Virus record (IMG/VR): IMGVR_UViG_2654587772_000002
DNA: 64,000 nucleotides
Strand: one strand, 5' to 3'
Source: a virus
Lineage: Duplodnaviria > Heunggongvirae > Uroviricota > Caudoviricetes
Made by a program: the position numbers and the translations under genes. Each line of letters begins with the position of its first letter. Position 1 is the first letter of the stretch. This document shows positions 32,825-43,316 of this stretch, in pieces. The notes under the pieces were generated by a model, which did not search any database, was not told the DNA's origin, and saw only the letters and a program-made list of their open reading frames with translations.

Positions 32825-33940
32825 TTAAATCCCTGCTTTTCTGAATACCTGTGCATCACGCTCACGGAGCTGCTTCAGCGTCAGCCATTCGCCTTTATCG
32901 GTGTAAAATTCATCTGGCGACATACCACCATCCCGAATCAGCTTTGCTCGGGTTTCCCCCACAATCTGTTTTTGTCTGGTGTAAGGCTGACGCAAAAACC
33001 ATTCCCTGTAGGTTGTATCTCCGGCCACCACGCCATCCATGCTGGCCCGCTCAGCCGGGGAAATATCGCGAACATCAATACCCAGTTCCTTCGCTGATTT
33101 CAGAATGAACGTTTCCGTTGAGCGGCAGCAGAAATGAATTTTTCCCGGCCCCTGCAAATAAGGCACGCTGTGACCTACAGGTTTATTATTCAGCGTATAT
33201 TTGAGGCGATCCCTGATTCGACATTGTGGCGTAGTACGATTATCAAGCGTTGATAACCATTGCTTACCCTTAATCAAATCATTATTCGCGCTGGCAAAAC
33301 TCTCACGGGCAGTAGCAGCAAGATGTCCAACCGCTGTTTTTGCAATGCTGGCCGCATTAGCCCGGCTCATCTGCAATGCACCATCCTGAAATCCCTTACT
33401 GACATGTCCCCGAATTTTTCTTGCGATCTGCTCATTGGTATCCCCCAGCAAAAAACCCTGACGCACTGTATTTGTTATGCGTCTGAGCCGATCCGCCTCA
33501 AGATCTGAGGCCCACTCACTGAGCAGTCGTCCCTGGAATGGTCGCGCCATTGCAGCGGCATAAAGTGCATCAGGAGAGATACCAACCAGAGGGTGAACAT
33601 CAGCAACAAAATCAGGTAGCATAGAATCAAACAGACTTAACTGATAACCAGCCTCATAAATTGCCAGCTCGTTCAGCTCTCCGGAGAGACTGGTAAACAT
33701 GCTGTTAATAGCAGTGCGGTTAACCTTTCTGACGCTCGCCAGAAGTGACTCCAGGCGCTTAACGGTAAAATTACCTGGATCGAGGCTGTCCAGTGCTATC
33801 AGCAGGCGAGCAGTAAGTTCCGCATCGCTGTCATTCAGTATTTTCACCATTCTGGCAGCCACGCCAGTGCTATAGCGGGATATCCAGACTGCATGAGCAA
33901 TTGATTCATCACGCAGCCGTTCATTCACGGTTTGCATCAT
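32825..33940 (-). CDS. Head morphogenesis protein (Mu F-like minor head protein)
   Basis: 371 aa following portal; TTPQCR motif region typical of this family. Confidence 0.6.
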   Translation of the reverse strand: MMQTVNERLRDESIAHAVWISRYSTGVAARMVKILNDSDAELTARLLIALDSLDPGNFTVKRLESLLASVRKVNRTAINSMFTSLSGELNELAIYEAGYQLSLFDSMLPDFVADVHPLVGISPDALYAAAMARPFQGRLLSEWASDLEADRLRRITNTVRQGFLLGDTNEQIARKIRGHVSKGFQDGALQMSRANAASIAKTAVGHLAATARESFASANNDLIKGKQWLSTLDNRTTPQCRIRDRLKYTLNNKPVGHSVPYLQGPGKIHFCCRSTETFILKSAKELGIDVRDISPAERASMDGVVAGDTTYREWFLRQPYTRQKQIVGETRAKLIRDGGMSPDEFYTDKGEWLTLKQLRERDAQVFRKAGI

Positions 33941-35327
33941 TGATTTCCATCAGCATTACACTCTGATTTTTTAATTCATCGATCACTTCCTCTGGACGGG
34001 AATCCTGATCGATAAATTTCAACGCCTGCAACACCCGAACCGCATCAATCTGACGTATATCACCGCCCTGACGCAATGACTGAACAGCCAGCGCGGAGGA
34101 TGAGTCAAACACCTGGGCAGATACATCCAGTTCAGTGCGCACATCCACATTGCCACCGCAACTCTCTCCGATCCATTCCGCCATTATCTGGAGAATATTA
34201 TCGAGGGCATCTTCGAGGGAGTTCGCCATTGTATAAAGCGGCGAGTTTTCCTGCATTCGCTCTTCATTAGTCTGATCAACAGATTTGGTGGATGTATTTT
34301 CAGCACGCAGAAGTTTAGCGCCGGCATGACGCATCTGATTTTCCAGCTTCTCAAGTGATGTTTCGCCAGATTCTATCGCTGCGCCACTATGTTCAACATA
34401 TTCGAGGCCATTTTTTGTTCTGTCCTCAAAAATCGTAGCGGTGGATGCACCAACCGTCAGTTCTTCATTCCTGTCCAGCCCGTAGGCCACCAGCAATGGA
34501 ACGCGGGTAACATGAAGAATATTGTCCTGCTCGCTCTGGCTTTGCCAGTGCTTGATATTCAGCAAGCCAAGATTAAGCAATGGCGGTGTACCACGCATAA
34601 ATCCTGTTTTCTTCGTGTACAGTGTTACCAGAGGAATATCATCACGGCTGGTATTCCATGACTCATGAAGCGTCCAGACAGATTCGCCATTAGTGCCTTC
34701 GCTACGTCGATAAATTTCAACTCGACGGGGCATAATATGGCGGATCTGCTCCACCTTCTTCTGCCCGAAATCATCACCATCAATAATGATGACCTCTTTT
34801 ATACGCAAATCAGTGAGAACAACTTTCCCTTTTTCAACTTTCGATTTCCATCCAATAACCTGGCGTGGATTCAGCATCGTAACGTACGGACGACCACCGG
34901 TCGCGTTTTCATCGGCTTTTGTACGAATCTCTTTCATATCCGTTCGTGGATAGTCCACCAGCGCATGTGCCACACCATACTGAAATGCGAGGCTGAAAAA
35001 TTGCTGGGCCCACACATCCAGTCGGCTCCCCTCCATGTCGATATTTTCTGCATATTCCCTGATTTTTGCCGGCGTTTCCTCACTCAATACTGTCGGCTCT
35101 GCAAATATGCGCCCAATATTTTGCTTGATGCTTTCTTCATACACAGGAAGTAGCGTAGCCACAGACAGGCGTTTTTTATAAGCGTCTTCATCTTCGTTAG
35201 GCCATTTTGGGAGATAATTTTCCCCCTGCCTGCGCATTTCAAGCGTACCGCCCATCAGTGCGTCGTTAATATCCCACGCCTCCAGCATATCGTTATAGTC
35301 GAGGTTGGGTGTTGATATATCAGCCAT
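33921..35327 (-). CDS. Portal protein
   Basis: 468 aa directly downstream of terminase large subunit. Confidence 0.7.
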   Translation of the reverse strand: MADISTPNLDYNDMLEAWDINDALMGGTLEMRRQGENYLPKWPNEDEDAYKKRLSVATLLPVYEESIKQNIGRIFAEPTVLSEETPAKIREYAENIDMEGSRLDVWAQQFFSLAFQYGVAHALVDYPRTDMKEIRTKADENATGGRPYVTMLNPRQVIGWKSKVEKGKVVLTDLRIKEVIIIDGDDFGQKKVEQIRHIMPRRVEIYRRSEGTNGESVWTLHESWNTSRDDIPLVTLYTKKTGFMRGTPPLLNLGLLNIKHWQSQSEQDNILHVTRVPLLVAYGLDRNEELTVGASTATIFEDRTKNGLEYVEHSGAAIESGETSLEKLENQMRHAGAKLLRAENTSTKSVDQTNEERMQENSPLYTMANSLEDALDNILQIMAEWIGESCGGNVDVRTELDVSAQVFDSSSALAVQSLRQGGDIRQIDAVRVLQALKFIDQDSRPEEVIDELKNQSVMLMEINDANRE

Positions 35328-35329
35328 AA

Positions 35330-36640
35330 TTAAATCCGAAGTGATGTGACTCTTCCGGTCGGTTTGACAATAGGGAATTGCTTAACGATGAAATAACCTC
35401 CTGCATCATTCGGGTGATCATTGCCAGATTTTTTATCAGGCTCCCCCTTCTCATCCCAGACCTGTTGCTCCAGAGATTCGGCATATAACGGGCAACGCTT
35501 CACATTAACTTTATAGCGACGCTCACCATTGGCATTGCAGAACATTGCATTCATTGAGTTAACGCGATCTTTTACTGGCGGGTTCGAGCTGTTCACCACA
35601 ACGTTAAAACCAGCCTGCTTAAGCTGGGCTATATCCGTCGTACTTGCGTTACTTGATTTTCTGGAATCCCCGGAAGCATCTGGATAAATATAAATTTCCC
35701 TCACTTTCCGGTAATCATTCCCATCATACAGCCAGAAGCGTTCTTTAATGATGCGGATCATATCCGGCGTATCGTAGGCATTGATGATTTCAGTTACCGC
35801 ACATGGAAGCCCCAAACGCAGCACATGGACGATTCCCGCCATCTTTCCAACGTTAAAATCCATCCCAATATAAATCGGCTCCCCTGGCTGCTCCACTTCT
35901 TCGCAATTATTCAGTTTCCGGTCAAACTGATGGTAAACAGTACCACTTGTCAGGTTAGTAAACTGTCCTCGAAGATAGGCTTTAATCAGCTCTGGAGGGT
36001 ATGATTCAAGAAGCGAAGGAATGTAATCTGCTGGCAGGTTCTTTTCATTATCGAAAGTAGATGCCTGCACCAGACCATACAGTGAGGCCAGCTCTGTTTT
36101 TTCACGCACGGCTTTAACAAACTGCTCGTAGACAAATTTGAATCCTTCCGGCGTGGTTGTAACGTCAATACCGTTGCGAAGTCCATCAATCTTATAACGC
36201 ATACGTGCAATTATCTTGCGCCACGCCGTTCTGGCTTTTTCCTTCGGCAAAATGTCCAGTTCATCCACCAACGCATTACCAATTTTGAAACCGACGATCG
36301 TTTGTGGCTTCTCCATCGATCTGCAGATAGTGGTTCCCCGATACTGGCGTCCGTAATAAAAGTGAACCTCTTTATTTCCCTCATTAATTTTTACGTTCAA
36401 TCCCCAGTCAGCAGCAACTTCTTCCACTGTAGGGTAAAAAATATCGCGAATTTGGGGATACGTTGGCGCAAAATATCCCTGATTTATACCTGGATGCTCC
36501 CAAATCCCCTTGCATATGCCGCCACACCCAACCCATGTTTTGCCCGAGCCAAAACCAGCAATATAGGCTTTAAATTTATGGGGCATTGAAAGAAATCGCG
36601 CCTGAGGCACATTAAGCGTCGGAGAGATCATCTTCATCAC
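35330..36640 (-). CDS. Terminase large subunit
   Basis: Walker A (AGFGSGKT), 436 aa, C-terminal nuclease-type region. Confidence 0.85.
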   Translation of the reverse strand: MMKMISPTLNVPQARFLSMPHKFKAYIAGFGSGKTWVGCGGICKGIWEHPGINQGYFAPTYPQIRDIFYPTVEEVAADWGLNVKINEGNKEVHFYYGRQYRGTTICRSMEKPQTIVGFKIGNALVDELDILPKEKARTAWRKIIARMRYKIDGLRNGIDVTTTPEGFKFVYEQFVKAVREKTELASLYGLVQASTFDNEKNLPADYIPSLLESYPPELIKAYLRGQFTNLTSGTVYHQFDRKLNNCEEVEQPGEPIYIGMDFNVGKMAGIVHVLRLGLPCAVTEIINAYDTPDMIRIIKERFWLYDGNDYRKVREIYIYPDASGDSRKSSNASTTDIAQLKQAGFNVVVNSSNPPVKDRVNSMNAMFCNANGERRYKVNVKRCPLYAESLEQQVWDEKGEPDKKSGNDHPNDAGGYFIVKQFPIVKPTGRVTSLRI

Positions 36641-37706
36641 TCCTTACTCTGGCATCAACCACATTAATATTGATCGCCACAGGCTGGGGATGTTCATTAT
36701 CTTCCACCGTTTCGATCTCTTTGCGCAGCTTCTGGTTTTCCATTCTGCGCCGTTCAATTTCCAGTTCCTGTAGCCGTTTATCTGCACATAAAGCCCCGCC
36801 AGCAGAAAACAAACGCAACAATTCACGCCGGGCGGCAGCCTTATCCTCCAGCAGGATCTCAACGCCGAATTTTCCGAATTTTGCCCCTGCATATAATTGC
36901 CGCGCATCCCCATCAAGCAGAGTGGTATCAGCCATATAAAGCTGTCCCGTTCCCTCACCGCAGCACTTCGGGCAGTCCGGATTGGGTATGGCGTTATCAA
37001 CAAAGCCGAGGCCTCCATATTCCGGTTCGGGTTTGCCATCTCTGGAAGCCTGCGCCGCTGCCTTGTCGAATTCTGCTATATCGCGCCACTGGTAGAGATG
37101 ATTCTCGCCCCAGCAATAACGGCAGTTAACACGGCGAAATTGTGCAAGCTGATTGGGGTCGGCCAGGACAATAGCCATCAACTGACTCACTAGTAAATCC
37201 AGGTCTGCGGTATAGCGTTTCTGGTACTGATTGCGGAAGTAGCTGATAGCGCGAAAAACCCTGGCATTTCTAAGCATACGACTGGCGTTGCTGTTAGCTG
37301 TCGCACCTTGCCCCTCATAACCGGCTAGTCGGTACGCCTCTGTCGGCTTTTTACCCTGAGCAACAAGCATCGCAAACTTAGCCTGCTGGTCAGAAATGCC
37401 GAATTCATCGGGACAGAACGAAAATTCCTCCGCGTCGCCCTCATTCAGGCCCGCATCGAATACTGGCTTTTTTTCCTGAGATTTTTCGTTCCGCTTTTGT
37501 GCAGTCTGCGCAGATTTTTTCTGCGCACTTTTTTGCGCAGTTTTGCACATTTCTGTCTGCGCATTTTTCGGAGTTTTTTTGATGTAACGACGGGCTGTTG
37601 CGTAATTCAGTCCCCTTGCTTCACACCATGCCACCGGAGATATACCGGAGCGGGTGTATTCAGCAATATACTCCTGCTGCAACGCCCCCCAGTCCGGTCT
37701 GCTCAT
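36612..37706 (-). CDS. Terminase small subunit / DNA-binding packaging protein
   Basis: 364 aa with N-terminal HTH-like segment, immediately upstream of and overlapping TerL. Confidence 0.55.
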   Translation of the reverse strand: MSRPDWGALQQEYIAEYTRSGISPVAWCEARGLNYATARRYIKKTPKNAQTEMCKTAQKSAQKKSAQTAQKRNEKSQEKKPVFDAGLNEGDAEEFSFCPDEFGISDQQAKFAMLVAQGKKPTEAYRLAGYEGQGATANSNASRMLRNARVFRAISYFRNQYQKRYTADLDLLVSQLMAIVLADPNQLAQFRRVNCRYCWGENHLYQWRDIAEFDKAAAQASRDGKPEPEYGGLGFVDNAIPNPDCPKCCGEGTGQLYMADTTLLDGDARQLYAGAKFGKFGVEILLEDKAAARRELLRLFSAGGALCADKRLQELEIERRRMENQKLRKEIETVEDNEHPQPVAININVVDARVRSDEDDLSDA

Positions 37707-37709
37707 CAG

Positions 37710-37961
37710 TTAGTCCTGATTTTTATCCACCCTGAGTAGTTCGCGCAGAGCAAAGGCATCCCCTTTTCTGGCAAGCTTAAACAATGCCGCTCGTAACTCG
37801 GCTTCACCTTTCGCTCTGCCCTTACGGATGGCCGCATAAAAATCTGTCATTGCTTCCCGATTTTCTTTCAGTCGGTTCAGATCAACATCCAGAACGTCAG
37901 CGATTTGTTGTGCAGTCATCCGGCACGCTGCCAGAGACTCGACTTTCGAATACGGAATCAT
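37710..37961 (-). CDS. Hypothetical small protein
   Basis: 83-aa ORF; true start may be internal (MTAQQIADVLD) because it overlaps the upstream gene. Confidence 0.3.
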   Translation of the reverse strand: MIPYSKVESLAACRMTAQQIADVLDVDLNRLKENREAMTDFYAAIRKGRAKGEAELRAALFKLARKGDAFALRELLRVDKNQD

Positions 37962-38829
37962 TTGTCACCCCCATTGATATGCAGGGTGTCTTCTTCCTGT
38001 ATTTTTCGTGAAGGATTTTTACTGCAGCGTTGTTCCAGGTGACCTGATGGTGAATGCGTTTATGGCTGGCACCCATCAGTGAGATTTTTACGCACGACGG
38101 CGCATACATGACGGAGTAAAAACTTTTAACGTAGGTTCCGGAATCCAGATACAGCTCGGTCATTCCGCCGCTGTTTTTCTGCGTCTGTTTCTGCCCTAAC
38201 TGGACAGCACCGATCGTCATAAACAATTCACCACAGCGACCGAGATTCGTGTACGTATTCACATCCTCGTTAATGCGCCCCATGAATGAGAACGGTCGAT
38301 CAACCGAACAGATAAAGCTGTTCATTGCCTTGCGTTTCACCCACGAAGCATGGCCGCCATTGTCACCAAGAAAATCCCCGCCCTGCGACATAGCGATGGA
38401 AAGAGCAGGTATTGATTCGTAGTACGCCAGCATTTCAGAAAGGATCGCATCCAGTTTCCTTATCGGAAAATAGGCCTGGTCATAGTTGCGATCCACCCGA
38501 AACTGGAACTCGTGATAATCATCATCGAGCTGAATGAAGTATTTACACCCGACCAGTTTTGCCAGGTCGAAACAGGCATTACGGGCGTAAAAAATTGAGC
38601 GGCGGTCACAGAAATTATCGGCTTCGTCAAAACGACTGGCGATATCGGCTTTGGAAAACACCAGCACCTGTTCACCAAATTCAGCCATGTACTGATTCCG
38701 TGTCTTATCTTCATCATCAACAACGATAAAAATTTTCCCGGTATAGCCAGCACGACGCAACGTCCGGTAAGTCAGAACTTTGTCCGGTCGCCCGTGAGTC
38801 AGAATAAAGGCGCAAAAATCATCACGCAT
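37897..38829 (-). CDS. GT-A fold glycosyltransferase-like protein (soluble)
   Basis: FILTHGRPDKV...IFIVVDDED and IQLDDDY resemble the family-2 glycosyltransferase N-terminal and DxD motifs; no TM segments. Confidence 0.5.
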   Translation of the reverse strand: MRDDFCAFILTHGRPDKVLTYRTLRRAGYTGKIFIVVDDEDKTRNQYMAEFGEQVLVFSKADIASRFDEADNFCDRRSIFYARNACFDLAKLVGCKYFIQLDDDYHEFQFRVDRNYDQAYFPIRKLDAILSEMLAYYESIPALSIAMSQGGDFLGDNGGHASWVKRKAMNSFICSVDRPFSFMGRINEDVNTYTNLGRCGELFMTIGAVQLGQKQTQKNSGGMTELYLDSGTYVKSFYSVMYAPSCVKISLMGASHKRIHHQVTWNNAAVKILHEKYRKKTPCISMGVTNDSVFESRVSGSVPDDCTTNR

Positions 38830-39613
38830 ATTCCTCCTCCTCACCACCATGCATGATCTCCACCATGCGCTGCGTCATCCGGACAAATCCATTTTCAATA
38901 GCCTGCTGATAATCAATGATCACCAGCGCCGACTCCTCGAAAAAACACTGAATTTCAGAGGGGGCGTGAGCGTAATAGTCCGCAATTCTGCTGAAATTAA
39001 ACACCGTGTGACGTTCTGCCGCACACAGGAGGAATTTCTCAATATCAGGCTCAAGGGACGCCGAACGTATCCGGCTGATCAGCTCCTGAGTTTTCGTATC
39101 GTCGTACAGTTCACTGATATCCGGTTTACCGCCCGACGGCTCATAAACAGGCGTATCAATTTTCGTCGCATACGGCTCCTCCTCATTTCCTGTACCGGGC
39201 AAAACATCCGTCAACAGTTCATCAATTTCTGTCGGGATGAAGCCTGTCAGGGAGACATCAAAATCAGCATTGATTAGGTCCGACAGCTCCATCCGCAACA
39301 GATCTTCATCCCAGCCAGCATTCATCGGCAGGCGATTATCTGCCAGGCGGTACGCCTTTTTCTGCTCATCCGTCAGGCCAGACAGAACAATGACCGGAAC
39401 AGAATCCATTTTGAGCATTTCAGCCGCCATAACACGACCGTGACCCGCAATAATTTCGCCCTTTTCGTCAATCAGCACCGGATTAGTCCAGCCGAATTGC
39501 TTAATACTTTCTACCAGTTGTGCCACCTGCTCAGGGCTGTGCGTCCTGGCGTTGTGCGCATACGGTGACAATTCTTGTAATGGGCGATAGACTATCTTTA
39601 ATTTCTCGCTCAT
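38822..39613 (-). CDS. ynaK: ParB-like nuclease domain protein
   Basis: N-terminal ParB/Srx-type motif (..VLIDEKGEIIAGHGRVMAA..); position as in Rac. Confidence 0.7.
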   Translation of the reverse strand: MSEKLKIVYRPLQELSPYAHNARTHSPEQVAQLVESIKQFGWTNPVLIDEKGEIIAGHGRVMAAEMLKMDSVPVIVLSGLTDEQKKAYRLADNRLPMNAGWDEDLLRMELSDLINADFDVSLTGFIPTEIDELLTDVLPGTGNEEEPYATKIDTPVYEPSGGKPDISELYDDTKTQELISRIRSASLEPDIEKFLLCAAERHTVFNFSRIADYYAHAPSEIQCFFEESALVIIDYQQAIENGFVRMTQRMVEIMHGGEEEEYA

Positions 39614-39750
39614 ACAGCCTTGCTTTATGAATAAAACGCACCCCAGCAGCCAGTGCTACTGGGGACGGAGGGGTTGCTGGTAAAGTTAGGTATTGGATCA
39701 ATGAGTGAGTCAACATAATATTAAACTCACAATTATAAATCAGCCATATA

Positions 39751-41208
39751 TTAGGAGCGCCAAAAAAAACCTGAAAACAATATAATAACAGGATAAATTT
39801 CAAGGCGACCAAGAATCATAGCTATGCACATTAAACATTTTGCAATGTCATTAAGCACTCCGAATGACGATGCAGTAGCCCCAAAACCTAATCCCATATT
39901 ATTAATACATGCAGCCACTGTTGCAAATGATGTAAGAAAATCATATCCCATACCATTTAACACCAGTATAAAAAACACCGTGAAGAGAGTATAAAGAAAA
40001 AAGAAACTCCATACAGACCTCATTACACGATCTGTAACTATCTTCCCTCCTACATTTACACTCAACAACGCTCTGGGATGAGAAAGCTGATTTATCTCGT
40101 GTTTGCTTTGTTTGAAAAGTATAAGAAATCGAAGTGACTTAATTCCACCACAAGTTGAACCTATACATCCCCCAAAGAAACTTGACAACAGCAAAAACAC
40201 TATCGTGTGCGTGGGCCAACTTGCATAATCCTGCGTAGCTAAACCATTATCAGTGAGCATGGAGCTGGCAAGAAAAAACGAATGAATAAAACTTCCATGC
40301 AAGTCATACATACCTATATGCCAGACCTGGAAAGAGGTAACAATGATCACCCCTAAGGCTATTAACAGAAAGAAACGAAGTTCAATATCTCTGATTAAAG
40401 GTTTTATCGTTTTCCTGCTAATAACAATATACCAAAGAGTGAAGTTGAAAGCCGATAGCAGGGAAAAAGAACCAGCCACCAGCTCAACCAAATAGTTATT
40501 AAAATATCCGATACTCTCGCTATGAGTTGAGAAACCACCAAGCGAAACTGTGGAAATCCCGTGACAAATAGCATCAAACAAAGGCATTCCTGCAAGTCTA
40601 TAACAGACAATACAAGCAATACCTAATAAAGAATAAGTTATCCACAGTGTCCGTGACGTATCGGCCAGGCGGGGAGTGAGTTTGTCATCCTTAAATGGCC
40701 CCGGCATTTCTGACTGATAAAGCTTTGCACCACCAATACCCAATAATGGCAATACAGCAACCGCCAGAACAATAACTCCTAAACCACCTATAAAATTTAA
40801 CTGTGACCGATAGTACAAATATGCCCGAGGTAATGAACTAACATCATCAATTACAGTTGCTCCTGTTGTTGTTATTCCAGAAACCCCTTCAAACAGAGCA
40901 TCAATGAACGTTAAATTAAGTTCTGAGTCAATCCATAAAGGGAATGCACTAATAACAGAAAACAAAATCCAAAACATTACAATTATAATAAACCCATCAC
41001 GGGTACGTAATTGAATGCCAGATTTCTTAGTTGTATACCACGCTCCGCCACCAATGCAAAAAAATATAACGAAAGTTATAAAGAAAACGAACAGGCTTTT
41101 TTCTTTATAAAACAATGCTACAACCATTGGTGGCAACATTGAAAGACTATAGAGCCAAACCAGGAACCCACACATATGAGTAACAACTCTTACATGAGAT
41201 GTATTCAT
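39751..41208 (-). CDS. trkG: Trk system potassium uptake protein TrkG (prophage cargo)
   Basis: 485-aa polytopic membrane protein starting MNTSHVRVVTHMCGFLVW; AT-rich relative to flanks; known Rac cargo gene. Confidence 0.85.
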   Translation of the reverse strand: MNTSHVRVVTHMCGFLVWLYSLSMLPPMVVALFYKEKSLFVFFITFVIFFCIGGGAWYTTKKSGIQLRTRDGFIIIVMFWILFSVISAFPLWIDSELNLTFIDALFEGVSGITTTGATVIDDVSSLPRAYLYYRSQLNFIGGLGVIVLAVAVLPLLGIGGAKLYQSEMPGPFKDDKLTPRLADTSRTLWITYSLLGIACIVCYRLAGMPLFDAICHGISTVSLGGFSTHSESIGYFNNYLVELVAGSFSLLSAFNFTLWYIVISRKTIKPLIRDIELRFFLLIALGVIIVTSFQVWHIGMYDLHGSFIHSFFLASSMLTDNGLATQDYASWPTHTIVFLLLSSFFGGCIGSTCGGIKSLRFLILFKQSKHEINQLSHPRALLSVNVGGKIVTDRVMRSVWSFFFLYTLFTVFFILVLNGMGYDFLTSFATVAACINNMGLGFGATASSFGVLNDIAKCLMCIAMILGRLEIYPVIILFSGFFWRS

Positions 41209-41345
41209 ATCTAAATATTCTTTCAATTATAACCACCTTGCTGCAATATTATGATTATACTGTATAAAATTTAACTCCTCTTAGATCTTACTTCACTGTT
41301 CCTTATGAAACAATCATCAAAATGAATCATATTGTAGTTAAGATT

Positions 41346-41810
41346 TTACTTTAAACACTGCTCGGTTATGTATTGCTGAGCACCTTCAAGTTGGGCCTGC
41401 ATCATTACCAGTCGTTCCCGGAGGGTGAAATAATCCCGTTCAGCGGTGTCTGCCAGTCGGGGGGAGGCTGCATTATCCACGCCGGAGGCGGTGGTGGCTT
41501 CACGCACTGACTGACAGACTGCTTTGATGTGCAACCGACGACGACCAGCGGCAACATCATCACGCAGAACATCATTTTCAGCTTTCGCATCAGCTAACTC
41601 CTTCGTGTATTTTGCATCGAGCGCAGCAACATCACGCTGACGCATCTGCATGTCAGTAATTGCCGCGTTCGCCAGCTTCAGTTCTCTGGCATTTTTGTCG
41701 CGCTGTTCTTTGTAGGCGATGGCGTTATCACGGTAATGATTAACACCCCATGACAGGCAGACGACGATGCAGATAACCAGAGCGGAGATAATCGCGGTTA
41801 CTCTGTTCAT
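41346..41810 (-). CDS. Rz: Spanin inner-membrane subunit Rz
   Basis: N-terminal TM anchor followed by coiled-coil periplasmic region; downstream of endolysin. Confidence 0.8.
   Translation of the reverse strand: MNRVTAIISALVICIVVCLSWGVNHYRDNAIAYKEQRDKNARELKLANAAITDMQMRQRDVAALDAKYTKELADAKAENDVLRDDVAAGRRRLHIKAVCQSVREATTASGVDNAASPRLADTAERDYFTLRERLVMMQAQLEGAQQYITEQCLK
41405..41590 (-). CDS. Rz1: Spanin outer-membrane lipoprotein Rz1, embedded in Rz in the +1 frame
   Basis: [20 protein letters not shown] lipobox then proline-rich (PPPPPAW..PPPDW) periplasmic tail; entirely inside Rz. Confidence 0.75.
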   Translation of the reverse strand: MRKLKMMFCVMMLPLVVVGCTSKQSVSQCVKPPPPPAWIMQPPPDWQTPLNGIISPSGNDW

Positions 41811-42304
41811 TGCTGACCCCACAAACAGATTTCACGCTCAATCTCACGACGAGTCATGAGACCTTTCCATTGCTTACCGCCAGCATATGTCCAGCGACGT
41901 AGCTGATCACATGCGCCTTTGATATCGCCCTGGTTTATTTTGCGAAGAAGCGTCGATGTTCTGAAATTGCCAGCACCCACGTTGTAAACGAATGAGTAAA
42001 GAGCGCCGCGCGTTGTTTCCGGTATATCGACTTTGATGTACGGGTTAATTTGTCTGGCGACCGTGGCAAGGTCTTTATTCAAGAGTGTTTTGCATTCTGC
42101 TTTGGTATACGTTTTACCGAGCATGATGTCTTTTCCTGTATGCCCGTGACATACAGTCCATACACCAACAATATCTTTGTATGGTATGTAGCTGACACCT
42201 TCCAGACCATCGTTACCACTTGGGCCAGTGATTAACACTGATGCTATAGCAATTGCTCCGCCACCAATAGCAGCAGCAACGACTTTTCGTAATGATGGAG
42301 GCAT
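41807..42304 (-). CDS. R: SAR endolysin (lysozyme with N-terminal signal-anchor-release domain)
   Basis: Gly/Ala-rich N-terminal SAR helix ([18 protein letters not shown]) followed by lysozyme-type domain; phage 21 R-like. Confidence 0.85.
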   Translation of the reverse strand: MPPSLRKVVAAAIGGGAIAIASVLITGPSGNDGLEGVSYIPYKDIVGVWTVCHGHTGKDIMLGKTYTKAECKTLLNKDLATVARQINPYIKVDIPETTRGALYSFVYNVGAGNFRTSTLLRKINQGDIKGACDQLRRWTYAGGKQWKGLMTRREIEREICLWGQQ

Positions 42305-42519
42305 TATTCACCTCTCGCAGCCTTGCGCTTATCTTCTTTAATCTTGAAATAAAGGTTTGTCAGGTACGTCAGCAGGCCAAATACCAGACTACCCAGCACA
42401 CCGATTGCAGCCCACTGTGACGGAGTTACTCTATCGAGCAACTGTAAAAACCAGTAGCCAGCACTGCCTGCGGAGGTGCCGTAGGCAATGCCTGTTGAAA
42501 TTTTGTCCATGGATTTCAT
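42304..42519 (-). CDS. S: Pinholin (phage 21 S-like) with dual-start MKSMDK motif
   Basis: [26 protein letters not shown]...[13 protein letters not shown] matches S21 as recalled; upstream in-frame extension to 42576 probably not translated. Confidence 0.85.
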   Translation of the reverse strand: MKSMDKISTGIAYGTSAGSAGYWFLQLLDRVTPSQWAAIGVLGSLVFGLLTYLTNLYFKIKEDKRKAARGE

Positions 42520-42619
42520 AGCCTCACCTCCGCACGGAACGGATGGCATAGTTATTATGTGTAGGCTTTCAGACACATCAATCAGAGCCTTAATTGATAT
42601 ATATGCTGGAGACGATGCA

Positions 42620-42645
42620 ATATAAAAAGCTCGCCGTAGCGAGCT
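42620..42645 (-). terminator. Rho-independent terminator after lipoprotein moron
   Basis: agctcgc-cgta-gcgagct stem-loop followed by U-run in the minus-strand sense. Confidence 0.4.
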
Positions 42646-42770
42646 AATAAAATGTATTTCTCTGATATTATGTTTATTTGTATTAGCTCAGACTTGACAT
42701 CACAGGTTTCGTATATAGAACATCATCAAATCTGTCAGTTTGCTATGAATGAGATATAGTAACTGAAGAG

Positions 42771-43166
42771 CTAACCTCGCATGTCAAAGCCAGATTTCTG
42801 AAAATCTCTGTAGACTTCCGGATTGTTGAAGGCCGGAAATTTGGCTTTATGAGCTGCGGACTTTATCGCTTCGCAATAGGCTTTATCACCGTTACTGGTA
42901 GATATTTTTAACGCCGTACCATCCTGAGAGAATTCCATATGCAACCTGCATTTTTTCCCTTTCCAGTTATGCGGCTCATCAAGTTTGGCATTAATTGCAG
43001 CTCTGATTCCCCGCGCTTGCGCCCCCCATTCATCCTGATCATCCCAGCGTCCTGAACTGCAACTACCTGTAGCAGTAGTTTTGTGGCAATCTGAAGGGTG
43101 TAAAGGTGTGCATCCCGCAACAAAACCGACCCAAAAAGTCAACATAACGATTTTCTTTAATCCCAC
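42771..43166 (-). CDS. Lipoprotein (moron), paralog of 43317..43745
   Basis: Signal peptide with lipobox VAGC; shared C-terminal domain (GKKC.L.M....G..L.....GD...C.A...A..KA.FPA...PEVY..FQ). Confidence 0.6.
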   Translation of the reverse strand: MGLKKIVMLTFWVGFVAGCTPLHPSDCHKTTATGSCSSGRWDDQDEWGAQARGIRAAINAKLDEPHNWKGKKCRLHMEFSQDGTALKISTSNGDKAYCEAIKSAAHKAKFPAFNNPEVYRDFQKSGFDMRG

Positions 43167-43316
43167 TTCTTGCTCCTCAATCCATTAAAATCTCAGCAAT
43201 AGTAGTTGTTACGTCCGCCACTGGCTCAGAGCTGACTATCCGCTAAATTTAGCTCAGTGCCGTAGCTGTGTCAGAACAAACCTAAGCCGAAACCGTTTAT
43301 TACAAAACAATAAATA

